Source: Candidatus Doudnabacteria bacterium (GTDB taxonomy: Bacteria; Patescibacteriota; Doudnabacteria; UBA920). From it: a stretch of 64,000 nt of DNA. The DNA lies in the NCBI GenBank assembly GCA_031291995.1, contig JARLHZ010000025.1, positions 91,965 to 155,964 on the forward strand, given 5' to 3'. The notes beneath the pieces were generated by a model. That model was given only the letters and a program-made list of their open reading frames with translations. It had not been told where the DNA came from and did not search any database. Positions 9,542-18,647 of this stretch are shown here, one piece after another (within the stretch, counting starts at the first letter, position 1; each line of letters starts with the position of its first letter). The translations under genes and the position numbers were made by a program.

Positions 9542-9644
9542 AAATAGTATTGAACAAAATTGACCAAAATTAAGTAAAAATAAATAAAATTGAGTTTAAC
9601 CAAAATTTTAATTAATTTTTGAAATTTTATTTAATTTTGGGCAA

Positions 9645-9848
9645 TTATTTCTGATAGTTGTCTCTTACGTCCTTAAATCCTTTGCCCAAACTTTGAAATA
9701 ATGTGGTGTCTTTGGGGACGTTTTTATAATAATGGGCGCTGACCACCCAAACGGCAATCATTACTATGACAATAACAACAGCCACGGTCCACATTATTCG
9801 GAACTTTTGTTCGGGGGATTTGTTACGAATATTGTTTAGGATTGACAT
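9645..9848 (-). CDS. small single-TM hypothetical protein
   Basis: 67-aa ORF with one hydrophobic helix, co-oriented with gyrA. Confidence 0.65.
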   Translation of the reverse strand: MSILNNIRNKSPEQKFRIMWTVAVVIVIVMIAVWVVSAHYYKNVPKDTTLFQSLGKGFKDVRDNYQK

Positions 9849-9910
9849 GATTTAAAAAATTTAAATAATTGACATAATTTAGGACGCACTATTTTTGTCA
9901 ATTTTGTCAA

Positions 9911-10537
9911 TCATCTTAACGGTTCTAATATGACAACTTTCGTCCCCTCTTCGGTCAGCTCTTTCCTTTTGATTGTCAGTTTTTCCATCTCTTCCTTTTT
10001 GCCTCCCATTTCTTTAACGAATTTTTCTATGCCGTCGAGGTCTAAAATCAAATCGGACATTTTGTAATGGGAAGGAATAACAATTTTCGGATCGACTTCA
10101 TTGACCACTTTACTGGCCGCGGAAGCGGAAAGTACGGTGTTGCCGCCCACGGGCAGGATTAAAATGTCGATGTCACCGAGCTCTTCCAGTTCTTCCTGCT
10201 TGAGATTAAAATCCTTGATGTGGGTAAGGTTTAAAATCCGAATGTCTTCACTTTCAATTAAAAAGGCCGTGACATATTTGTTTTCCTGTTTAAGAGGAAT
10301 GCCGGTTATGGTCACTCCTTTAACGTCGTATTCGCCCGGGTCGGTAACGTCAAAATGCTCGCCGGAAATCCCGGACGTGGCGGAATAAAGTTTGCTGTTT
10401 TTTTCGGCCAAAATTAAAATATCGGCCGCCCCCCGCGGGGCAACCAATCCGGAATCTTTATGGAACGGATCCGTGATAATTGTGGCTTCTTTGGTAGTGA
10501 TTTTAAAGGATGAAAGTCCGAAGTATTGTATCTGCAT
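9911..10537 (-). CDS. MBL-fold metallo-hydrolase-like protein (Lactamase_B_3 type)
   Basis: IITDPF, PGEYDVKGV, IDILILPVGG, PKIVIPSHY; several metal ligands look degenerate. Confidence 0.8.
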   Translation of the reverse strand: MQIQYFGLSSFKITTKEATIITDPFHKDSGLVAPRGAADILILAEKNSKLYSATSGISGEHFDVTDPGEYDVKGVTITGIPLKQENKYVTAFLIESEDIRILNLTHIKDFNLKQEELEELGDIDILILPVGGNTVLSASAASKVVNEVDPKIVIPSHYKMSDLILDLDGIEKFVKEMGGKKEEMEKLTIKRKELTEEGTKVVILEPLR

Positions 10538-10939
10538 TAAAGAGGTTTTAGGAGTTGGTTTAATTCCTAAATGTATAGTTTATGGCTTGTCTAAAAGCTA
10601 ATATCTAATACCTAAAACCTGAAATAATTATAGCTGATTTTAACCAAAAAGAAAAGGATTTTTTAACTGAATCTAACTAAAAAATCCGGCCAATTTAAGA
10701 GCTAATTTAACTGTATGCCAAGGCTTGCCAAATCTCAAAAATTACGCTAAGATATTAGTACTTATTTGGCGTAAAGCGCTATGTGCATAAATTATTAATC
10801 CCCAAATAAGTCTTAGGTAAGCGCTTTTTAACAATTAACCAAATGCAATAAGGTTTTTAATTGAGCAACGATTAGCCGTTGTTTTTATTTTACCCGCTAA
10901 TTATGTTCAATTTTACTTAATTTTATTTAATTTTGGTCA

Positions 10940-12133
10940 ATGAAAATTATTATGCCAGAAGAAAAAACTCAAGTTATTCCCGCCGGAGCAAGTACCGCCC
11001 AGACCATGGGTGATTTGCTCGGTACAGGTGTGGAAATTAAAGTGCTCAAAGCCGGCGACATGGTGGAAGGAAAACTCATCAGCGTCGGTAAAAACGAAGT
11101 CTACGTAGACCTGGAAGGTTACGGTATCGGCGTGGTCCGCGGCCGCGAACTTTATGACGACGAAGCCACGTTGTCGGCTCTCAAGCCGGGCGACCAGATT
11201 TTTGTTTCGGTCGTGGATCCGGAAAATAAAGACGGGATTGTTGAATTGTCCTTAAGGCAGGCCGGTCAGGAGCGGGTTTGGCAGACTTTGCGCGAAAAAA
11301 TGGAAAGCAAAGAAGTTGTCCGTACTAAAATTTTGGAAGCCAACAAGGGCGGGTTGATGGTGGAAATAAACAACGTGACCGGATTTTTGCCGGTATCCCA
11401 GTTATCCTTAGACCATTATCCCCGTGTGGAAGACGGCGACAAAAACCGCATTTTGGGCGTTTTGCAAAGCTACATCGGCCAGTTATTTGATGTGCAAATA
11501 ATTACCGCCGACGCCCAGGAAGAAAAGCTGATTGTCAGCGAGAAGGCCGTATTCGAAAAAGAAATGGAAAATAAGCTCGGCCAGCTGAAAATCGGCATGG
11601 TCGTGGAAGGTACGGTTACCGGCGTAGTAGATTTTGGAGCTTTTGTGAAGTTCGGCGAACTGGAAGGCCTGGTTCATATAAGCGAGCTGGCCTGGCAGAG
11701 AATCGACAACCCCAAGGACATAATTAAAGTCGGCCAGAAAGTGACGGCCAAAGTTATTTCCATAGACAAAGGCCGTGTGTCTTTGTCCATCAAGCAGCTG
11801 CAGGAAGACCCCTGGCTGGAGGCCGTAAAGAAATACCAAATCGGCCAGCTGGTTACTGGTAAGGTCAGCAAGATAATGCCGTTTGGCGTGTTTGTGGAGC
11901 TGGATAAAGACATACAAGGGCTTTGTCACGTCATGGAGCTGTCTCACCAGGCGGTAAAAAACCCCGAGGATATTTTAAAACCGGGCCAGGAAAAAGAGTT
12001 CAAAATTATTTCCATTGAACCCGGCGAACATCGCTTGGGCTTATCGTTAAAGGCGCTAACCCCCGAACCGGAAAAGGTTTCGGTGCCCGCCGCGGAACCG
12101 GCTGTTCAGGAAACACAGGAAGAAGCCAAATAA
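10940..12133 (+). CDS. rpsA: 30S ribosomal protein S1 (four S1 domains)
   Basis: ANKGGL, GFLPVSQ, VDFGAFV..GLVHISEL S1 repeats. Confidence 0.92.
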   Translation: MKIIMPEEKTQVIPAGASTAQTMGDLLGTGVEIKVLKAGDMVEGKLISVGKNEVYVDLEGYGIGVVRGRELYDDEATLSALKPGDQIFVSVVDPENKDGIVELSLRQAGQERVWQTLREKMESKEVVRTKILEANKGGLMVEINNVTGFLPVSQLSLDHYPRVEDGDKNRILGVLQSYIGQLFDVQIITADAQEEKLIVSEKAVFEKEMENKLGQLKIGMVVEGTVTGVVDFGAFVKFGELEGLVHISELAWQRIDNPKDIIKVGQKVTAKVISIDKGRVSLSIKQLQEDPWLEAVKKYQIGQLVTGKVSKIMPFGVFVELDKDIQGLCHVMELSHQAVKNPEDILKPGQEKEFKIISIEPGEHRLGLSLKALTPEPEKVSVPAAEPAVQETQEEAK

Positions 12134-12145
12134 TTCGGACAAAAC

Positions 12146-12177
12146 AAAACCCCTCCCGCTAAATCGGGAGGGGTTTT
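12146..12177. terminator. bidirectional intrinsic terminator
   Basis: AAAACCCCTCCCG-CTAAAT-CGGGAGGGGTTTT. Confidence 0.85.
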
Positions 12178-12185
12178 AATATGGA

Positions 12186-12830
12186 CTAATGTTTTTGTTC
12201 GCCGTCTTTGGATTCCATGGATGTTTCGGAAGCGGCCGCCGCGGTTTCGGTTGGTTTTTTCAAGCACATAAGCAGGATGACAATCAGCAGGTAGCTTAAT
12301 ATCCAGGAGGCGCCCAGGGCAATAAGTGAAATTTTGTTTAAGTTGGATTCGCGAATTTCAATTTCTTTTAAGGATCGGCCAACTAAAGCAAATCCGGGGG
12401 TAGCGCCGCCAAATTTGGTGACTACAACCGCTTCGCGAACTCCCGGCTTGGGTTGCCAGGTAATCCGGTCTTCGCCATGGAGATTTACGTAGTCGCTGAC
12501 ACCGGCCGGCATGCTGGGGATTTTTCCGTCAAGCACTACGGAACTGCCGATGGGTGTTCCGGTCGCGGTATAAATAATCAGGAAGCTGGACAGAGTATTG
12601 GCCAAGTCCTGTGTCGGATTGGGGGATACAATTTGATCGGGAGTGGCATTGCCGCTGGACACGGCCGAAGCAATGTCTTCCGCCACCTGGATTTGCGGGT
12701 CGTTGGCCGACATGCGATAATTTTGTTGCACCGCCAGGTTAACAAATCCGCACAAAATTAAGGCCACCAATCCGAGCGGCAGCCACAGAATAAAACCCTT
12801 ATACCATTTGTTCTTATTTTGGAACATCAT
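12186..12830 (-). CDS. two-TM membrane protein with extracytoplasmic domain
   Basis: QQNYRMSANDPQIQ...ITWQPKPGVR domain flanked by TM helices. Confidence 0.75.
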   Translation of the reverse strand: MMFQNKNKWYKGFILWLPLGLVALILCGFVNLAVQQNYRMSANDPQIQVAEDIASAVSSGNATPDQIVSPNPTQDLANTLSSFLIIYTATGTPIGSSVVLDGKIPSMPAGVSDYVNLHGEDRITWQPKPGVREAVVVTKFGGATPGFALVGRSLKEIEIRESNLNKISLIALGASWILSYLLIVILLMCLKKPTETAAAASETSMESKDGEQKH

Positions 12831-12910
12831 GTGATTATTCGATAATTATAAATACGCTTTTAAGTATACACCGACTTTGGCGGTTTGGCAAAGTCGGCGC
12901 AAAATAAATC

Positions 12911-12941
12911 AATATGTCCCGCCATAATGGCGGGACATATT
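12911..12941. terminator. hairpin, probable terminator
   Basis: AATATGTCCCGCCA-TAA-TGGCGGGACATATT. Confidence 0.65.
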
Positions 12942-12993
12942 ATTCGCGCAAGATTAGTTATCTACAAGCAAAACGGCAACAATAATAATGTAT

Positions 12994-13245
12994 TTATATT
13001 TTGCCGCCCCGAATGGCTCTGACAATCCATATTAGTACAACGGCTCCGAATATCGCGACCAGGAAACTGTAAAGATTAAAACCACTAACTCCCCCCTGGC
13101 CGAACAGGCTCATAATAAATCCGCCCAATATTGCGCCCACTATGCCGAGAACAATATCCATAAGCAGTCCGTCCCGGCTGCCCATAATGCTTGAGGCAAT
13201 CCACCCGGCCAATGCGCCAAAGATAATCCAAATTATTATACCCAT
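12994..13245 (-). CDS. GlsB/YeaQ/YmgE (transglycosylase-associated) membrane protein
   Basis: WIIFGALAGWIAS...DIVLGIVGAILGG. Confidence 0.9.
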   Translation of the reverse strand: MGIIIWIIFGALAGWIASSIMGSRDGLLMDIVLGIVGAILGGFIMSLFGQGGVSGFNLYSFLVAIFGAVVLIWIVRAIRGGKI

Positions 13246-13277
13246 AAAAGTAAGTTTAGTTTTTAATATTGCGAAGG

Positions 13278-13637
13278 CTATTTTTGCTCTTGGTTATCCA
13301 GCTTGGCCGCGGCTTCCGGCGTTGAAACGGTTTTGCCCATTAAAAATAATTTTATAATTGCCATGGCAATGAGCCAATATACAAGCATTGCTAACAATGT
13401 GGTCCATTCAAAAAGGCTGCCATTTACATCGGTAATTTTAAATACGCTTAAGAACGGAGCGGCAAACGGATAGGTAATGCCGTAAACAAAGCCGGTAAAT
13501 CCGGCGTAAGGATTGGCGCCAAAAAGTTTGAGCAAAAAACGGAAAGCCAGCAGCGCTTCCAGAAGTCCGGCAATATACCAGACAATTTGCGTGCCGCGAT
13601 ACAAAGGCTTGGTGCTTGGTGAGTTATATGAGTCCAT
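13278..13637 (-). CDS. YggT-like membrane protein
   Basis: LLAFRFLLKLFGANP...YGITYPFAAPF. Confidence 0.75.
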   Translation of the reverse strand: MDSYNSPSTKPLYRGTQIVWYIAGLLEALLAFRFLLKLFGANPYAGFTGFVYGITYPFAAPFLSVFKITDVNGSLFEWTTLLAMLVYWLIAMAIIKLFLMGKTVSTPEAAAKLDNQEQK

Positions 13638-13724
13638 GAGATTTATATTGTTTAATTTTTTTTAGGACATGCGCGATTCGTCTTTTATTAAATATTTAGA
13701 TGAAACGCGTAAGTCCTATTTTTC

Positions 13725-14393
13725 TTATATTTCGGTGCCAAACACCACCAGATTATCGCTGTAGTGTCCGGAAGTTTTATTCCATGTCCCGCTGCAGGTA
13801 ATAATTCTTAAACCCGGGTAGGAAATCGCGCCATAAATTGCCTGGGTTGGAAATCGGTTTTGCGGGAATTTGGCCAGCGAGTCCACGCGGTAAGTGACCA
13901 CAGAGCCGTCCGCGCGGGTAATAAAAATTTTATCTCCCGGTTTGATATATTGCAGGCTGGCAAAAATCGCGGGACCCGACGCCGAATCCAGATGGCCGAC
14001 AATTATTGCCGCCCCGTTTTGCCCGGGTTTGGCTCCGTAAACAAACCAACCTACCCCCATATTATTTTTTGGTACGGCAATAGTGTGGTCGGGGTTTAGC
14101 CCTAAGGGTTCAAACGGAGCGCTAAGTTTTAAGCTGGGGATGCTGAGCAGGCTTGGATCCGGCGCGTTGACTGTTAAAACCTGTGGCGCCGGATGCGGTA
14201 AGAAAGCGGCGCTGGCCGGAGCCTCTTTGGTGATGTTTAATTGCAAGACCGAATTACTGGCCGCCAAGGCAAGAACCCCGACAATTAATCCGATAAAAAT
14301 CGATCTTACCGCCCAAACTGTCCAGCTTCTTTTAGAGCCCAAGACGTTTTGAACCAGCAGGTTTTCCGGAATATTATTTTTTTGAGAAGACAT
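13725..14393 (-). CDS. class F sortase
   Basis: PGQNGAAIIVGHLD, LRIITCSG, Y..NLVVF catalytic pattern; N-terminal TM anchor. Confidence 0.9.
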   Translation of the reverse strand: MSSQKNNIPENLLVQNVLGSKRSWTVWAVRSIFIGLIVGVLALAASNSVLQLNITKEAPASAAFLPHPAPQVLTVNAPDPSLLSIPSLKLSAPFEPLGLNPDHTIAVPKNNMGVGWFVYGAKPGQNGAAIIVGHLDSASGPAIFASLQYIKPGDKIFITRADGSVVTYRVDSLAKFPQNRFPTQAIYGAISYPGLRIITCSGTWNKTSGHYSDNLVVFGTEI

Positions 14394-15587
14394 AGGAGAT
14401 TTTTCGGCTGGTGACAAATAAACCGGTAAAACTTAACACCAGTATAATGAATAAGATTTCCTCGGAGCTCTGCTCCGGGGTTATAGCAACTCCTTTGCAA
14501 CCTGCAGTTCATACCTCGCAGCTCTGCTGCGGGGTAATTGATTTTCCGCCAGCACCAAATAATTGAATGTAGAATTTTGGCCATGGCCGGCTGCGACTCC
14601 CCCGGTTGGCATATTGACCGTAGATACTACCACGGGAGCCATTGCTCCAAGCATGATGACATTGGAGAAGGTTGCACCGTTAGGGCAGGCCACAACAAAT
14701 GTCGCCGGGTCGCTTCCGACGCTGGACGGAAAAAATACCGACGAGTTGAAAGTGCTGTTGTTGTTGGTAAAGTTGTTGGATCCCGGTAAGTTGGTGATGG
14801 CGCCATTGCGTAACAAGCTAAAACTAACCGTGCCGTTTTGGTTAGTGCTTGCGTTGGCGCAGCTGCCCGAAACGGATGTGCTTTGACCCGGGAGAGGACC
14901 GGATCCGAACGCAAATAAGTTAACGGCCGGCGAACCAATATTGGTTGCGGAGGTAATTGTGTTGCCATTGGAGCAGGCTGCCTTAAAAGTTGCCTTGCCG
15001 ACCCCGGCGTTTTGGGGAATCGTTACCGAGTAGGAAAAAGTCGCGGTTTGGGTAAGGTTAGCTGTGCCTAAGGCGTAGTTGTTGCCGAAACTGTTTAGAG
15101 TTAGTACAGCGGTTCCGATGCCGTTGGATGGGCCGCACAATCCGGAAAGGTTAAAAATTCCGCCCTGGCTGGGGGTATAAGCCGGTAAGCCAAAAGAAGA
15201 GCTGGCCGGAACCGCGAAAGTCAATGTGGGGGAGTTAATAGTATCGCCGGTCCGGTTGCAGGTAGCCACCAGTGTGGCTGAACCGGCGCCGTATGAAGAA
15301 GGAAATGTAATAGTGCCGGTAAATGATCCGTTTGTATCGGTAGTCATAACGGTCGGCAAAGTGGTGGATATCCCGTTTTGGATTAAGGCCAAGCTAATGG
15401 CGCTATAGCTTGCGGCGGTACCGCAGCTGCCGGAGATATTGGTAGTGCCGCCCGATACCGGATAGACAGTGCCGACATTTAACATAGCGTTCAAAGTCGC
15501 GGCTCCCGCCAACAGAGGCAGGAATAACAACATCGCGGAAATAAGTATGATTTTTTTACCCGCGAATCGGGAAATAAAATTTTTCAT
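14374..15587 (-). CDS. secreted repetitive surface protein, probable sortase substrate; reading frame currently stops at 14481 inside an inserted element
   Basis: Signal peptide, three Cys-paired beta-rich repeats, MPTGGVAAG motif; removing 14457-14542 restores TM helix and basic tail ending at 14374. Confidence 0.8.
14457..14542 (-). mobile_element. 86-bp non-autonomous IS200/IS605-like palindromic mini-element
   Basis: Two same-orientation imperfect hairpins CCCCGCAGCAGAGCTGCGAGG and CCCCGGAGCAGAGCTCCGAGG; no terminal IR; removal restores the host ORF. Confidence 0.7.
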
Positions 15588-15759
15588 ATAAAATATTAAA
15601 TTAAGTATTAATCTATGGTGGGAAAGTATTTGCGGATTTATGTCTGCCTGAGGAGTGATAGGATACATATCGCTAACATATCTAAGCCTGGTTTCGTTTA
15701 ATTTTTCCGCCCGGAATTTTTTTTAACAGATTGGGCAATCCAATAGAAAAGTATATTGT

Positions 15760-16065
15760 TTAAAGCACTCCCTCCGAAATTGACCGGGCAATGCGGTTAT
15801 CGGCCCGAAGTTTGTAGTAAACTTTTTGTCCGGCCTTTTCTTTAATAAGCATATTGGCCTGCTCTAAAATTTTTAAATGTTGGGATGCAAGCGGCAGGGA
15901 AATTTTTAGGATTTTCGCTATGTCGCCGACGCTGATTCTGGACTGCTTGCCCAGCATTTCAAAAATCCGGTAGCGGTTGGTATCGCCGAGAATTTTAAAA
16001 ATCGCTCTTTGGTCGGTACCATTAAACGCGTTTCGGATTTTGTCAATTTGTTTGTCAGTCAGCAT
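15760..16065 (-). CDS. ArsR/SmtB family transcriptional regulator
   Basis: FKILGDTNRYRIF...SVGDIA...ISLPLASQHLKILE...GQKVYY. Confidence 0.9.
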   Translation of the reverse strand: MLTDKQIDKIRNAFNGTDQRAIFKILGDTNRYRIFEMLGKQSRISVGDIAKILKISLPLASQHLKILEQANMLIKEKAGQKVYYKLRADNRIARSISEGVL

Positions 16066-16670
16066 ATTGTTTATTAGTTAATAATTTTAGATTCAAATTG
16101 AGCCCTTAATTTGTTTTCCAAACTCAAACCGGCCGGAGCGGGATTCCACCGCCTTCCGGCCCGGGCTCATCCGAGGAACAAATTATAAATTTGTTCTGGA
16201 TGACACCAAGGATGAAGATGATACTAAAACAAAGTTACTCTAACTTTTCGGTACTTAACCGACTATGGGTCTCACGCCTTTTTATTAAAAAAACCTGAGT
16301 TTTTAAAAATAAAAGGCGTAAGGCCTAAAGGCAGTTAAACCATTGCTTATTTATTTAGCCATTAACCTCATTTGCTATTTTAAGCCTACTCCCAATTAGT
16401 AAGGCTGTATATAGTGGTAACCTCAGTTATACACTTGTTACGAGCTTTTTGGCTCCTTTAAGGCCGAATTGGATGTTTAAATACTTAATTAACTGCTTAA
16501 CTCTGCAACTAAGTGCTTCTTTACGCTTAGGTCTGGCGTAAATGTTCTAATATTGGCTTTTGGCTGTATACACAATCCATTATTGAGCCTATGCTTACTT
16601 TAGAGACCCTGTTTTGAGGTCCAACGAATTTTAATTCATCCTGCTTTGCCAAAGGCAGAGAAAGGAAAAT

Positions 16671-16754
16671 ATGAACGAAGATCCAAAGCCCACGCCGGCC
16701 ACGCCGCCGACAACCACTACCGAAACCAAACCCGCGGCTCCCGCGGTTGTGTAA
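16671..16754 (+). CDS. 27-aa Pro/Thr-rich small ORF (absent from ORF track)
   Basis: AAAGGA RBS, MNEDPKPTPATPPTTTTETKPAAPAVV*, terminator directly after. Confidence 0.5.
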   Translation: MNEDPKPTPATPPTTTTETKPAAPAVV

Positions 16755-16757
16755 ATT

Positions 16758-16785
16758 AAAGCCCCTGCTAGAGCAGGGGCTTTTT
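16758..16785 (+). terminator. intrinsic terminator
   Basis: AAAGCCCCTGCT-AG-AGCAGGGGCTTTTT. Confidence 0.8.
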
Positions 16786-16809
16786 GCTTATTATTTATCA
16801 GCTAATTTT

Positions 16810-17031
16810 ATGAATAAACAAAGCACGTTAAATTTAGCCAGAGAAATTTTTAAAATCAGGATCAGTTCCGCCAACGAAGGCGACGAGCAGGACGACGAAG
16901 TTCATAAGATGAAAATCAGGGGCATTAAATCTTATGACCCTTCGGTTATAGAAAAATGGTATTTGGAAGCCATAAAAACGGCGGAAATAATTATAAACCT
17001 GGAAGAACAATATTTAACCGCACCGAGTTAA
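16810..17031 (+). CDS. hypothetical protein
   Basis: ATG ORF of 73 aa within ORF 16747..17031. Confidence 0.55.
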   Translation: MNKQSTLNLAREIFKIRISSANEGDEQDDEVHKMKIRGIKSYDPSVIEKWYLEAIKTAEIIINLEEQYLTAPS

Positions 17032-17184
17032 AAAAAGAGTTTTAAAAACTTCTTGTCAGTTAGGTTTATCTAGAAGCATTTTGATATTTTTGATAAATAT
17101 TAATATCTTGTTAAGTCTGGGCGACTTTGGCGGTTTGGCAAAGCCGGTGTATAATAGGTTGAGAATAATTAACACTTATAATTT

Positions 17185-17460
17185 ATGGACAACAATATGC
17201 CCGGCGGTGCCGTACCGAGCGCCGGAGCCGGTAAGAAATTTTTGGTTTGGGTGAGTATTCTATTGGGTGTAGCATTTTTTGTAATCGGCTATATTTATGT
17301 GACCCATTCCGCGGGGAGTTTGCCTTCGTTTTTCCCCGGATACTCGGCTGGGGCGGCCGGTATCCACGCAAAACATGCCATTGCCTCATTTGTGGTGGGC
17401 ATAGCCTGTTTTATTTACGGTTGGTTTGCCTCCGGGCCAAAAGCGCCGCCTTCTACCTAA
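17185..17460 (+). CDS. small two-TM membrane protein
   Basis: AGSLPSFFPG loop between hydrophobic helices; upstream TATAAT. Confidence 0.75.
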   Translation: MDNNMPGGAVPSAGAGKKFLVWVSILLGVAFFVIGYIYVTHSAGSLPSFFPGYSAGAAGIHAKHAIASFVVGIACFIYGWFASGPKAPPST

Positions 17461-18313
17461 AATATAATATTATAGAGGAAATCACGCCGGCGGAAAAACA
17501 ATAGACCGCGAACGGCGTGATTTTATTTGTGCGGAAATATTTCATCAGGAATTTTACCGACAGGTAGGCGGCGACGGCGGCGGACAAAGCGCCAATAACA
17601 GTTGGTCCAACCAAGCCGCGGTTTTGCGTGGCTAATAATTCGGGAAGCTTTAAAACCGCGGCCGCGCCGATAATTGGCGTGGCTAAAAGGAAACTAAACT
17701 TGGCCGCGTCCTCGTGGGATAAGCCGACAATAAGGCCGCCCGCCATGGTACTGCCGCTGCGGGAAAAACCCGGAATGAGCGCGATTATTTGCGCCAATCC
17801 GACTTTGACGGATTGCGCCCAGCTTAGTTGGCCCAGGCGCTGGTAGGCTTGGTTCTGGTTTTGATCCTCCGGCGCTTTTCGCCTTAACAGTTCGGCGCCG
17901 TACAGCATCAACCCATTCAAAATTAACACGAACGCGGCAATGCGCGCTGAAGCAAACAGCATTTGAATTTTGTCTTTCAGCAGCAAACCTAAAATTCCGG
18001 CCGGAATAGTGCCCACAACTAACAGCCAGCCTAAGCGGGAGTAATAATCATCCCTCCGGATTTGTCTTTGCGCTAAAGACCGGCCCAGTCCCTTAATAAT
18101 TTGCCACCAATCTTTCCAAAAAAATCCGAGCAGCACAAGAGCCGTGGCAAAATGCGTGGCTACCAGGAAAGTTAAAAAAAACGGCTCGCCCTGGTTTAAG
18201 TTCCAGTTAAGCAGTTTGGGTAATATTACGGTGTGACCCAGGCTGGAAATTGGAAATAATTCCGAAATCCCCTGCGCGAGCCCAATTAGGATAGCCTGAT
18301 AGTATGTAAGCAT
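17453..18313 (-). CDS. uppP: undecaprenyl-diphosphate phosphatase
   Basis: QGISELFPISSLGH and PGFSRSGST BacA motifs. Confidence 0.95.
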   Translation of the reverse strand: MLTYYQAILIGLAQGISELFPISSLGHTVILPKLLNWNLNQGEPFFLTFLVATHFATALVLLGFFWKDWWQIIKGLGRSLAQRQIRRDDYYSRLGWLLVVGTIPAGILGLLLKDKIQMLFASARIAAFVLILNGLMLYGAELLRRKAPEDQNQNQAYQRLGQLSWAQSVKVGLAQIIALIPGFSRSGSTMAGGLIVGLSHEDAAKFSFLLATPIIGAAAVLKLPELLATQNRGLVGPTVIGALSAAVAAYLSVKFLMKYFRTNKITPFAVYCFSAGVISSIILYFR

Positions 18314-18465
18314 TTATCCGCCATATTTTGCCCTAAATTGCGGGGCAAATTTAAAATATTTTAACTTAACGTTACATGTTAGTTTTGTATCTCAATCCGC
18401 AAAATTTTGGCGGATGAATTGATTATATCACGATTCCGATATAAATTTAAATGTTTTGATCGTAT

Positions 18466-18632
18466 CAGTTCACAAGCCTGAGTGAGGACGAAAATCCTGC
18501 CGATTTTCCGCAGCTTGGGGACTCCTCGTTCATCCGCCTCCGGCGGATATCACAACTCCTCCCAATCCTCGCTGCGGAAAATCGCCAGTATTTCCGTCCT
18601 CCCGGGTTTGTTCTGCTCAAGATTGTGAACTG
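18466..18632. repeat. 167-bp MITE-like long palindrome
   Basis: IR CAGTTCACAA/TTGTGAACTG; inner arms CGATTTTCCGCAGC/GCTGCGGAAAATCG; nested ATCCGCCTCCGGCGGAT. Confidence 0.7.
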
Positions 18633-18647
18633 TTAATTTTGATCGGG

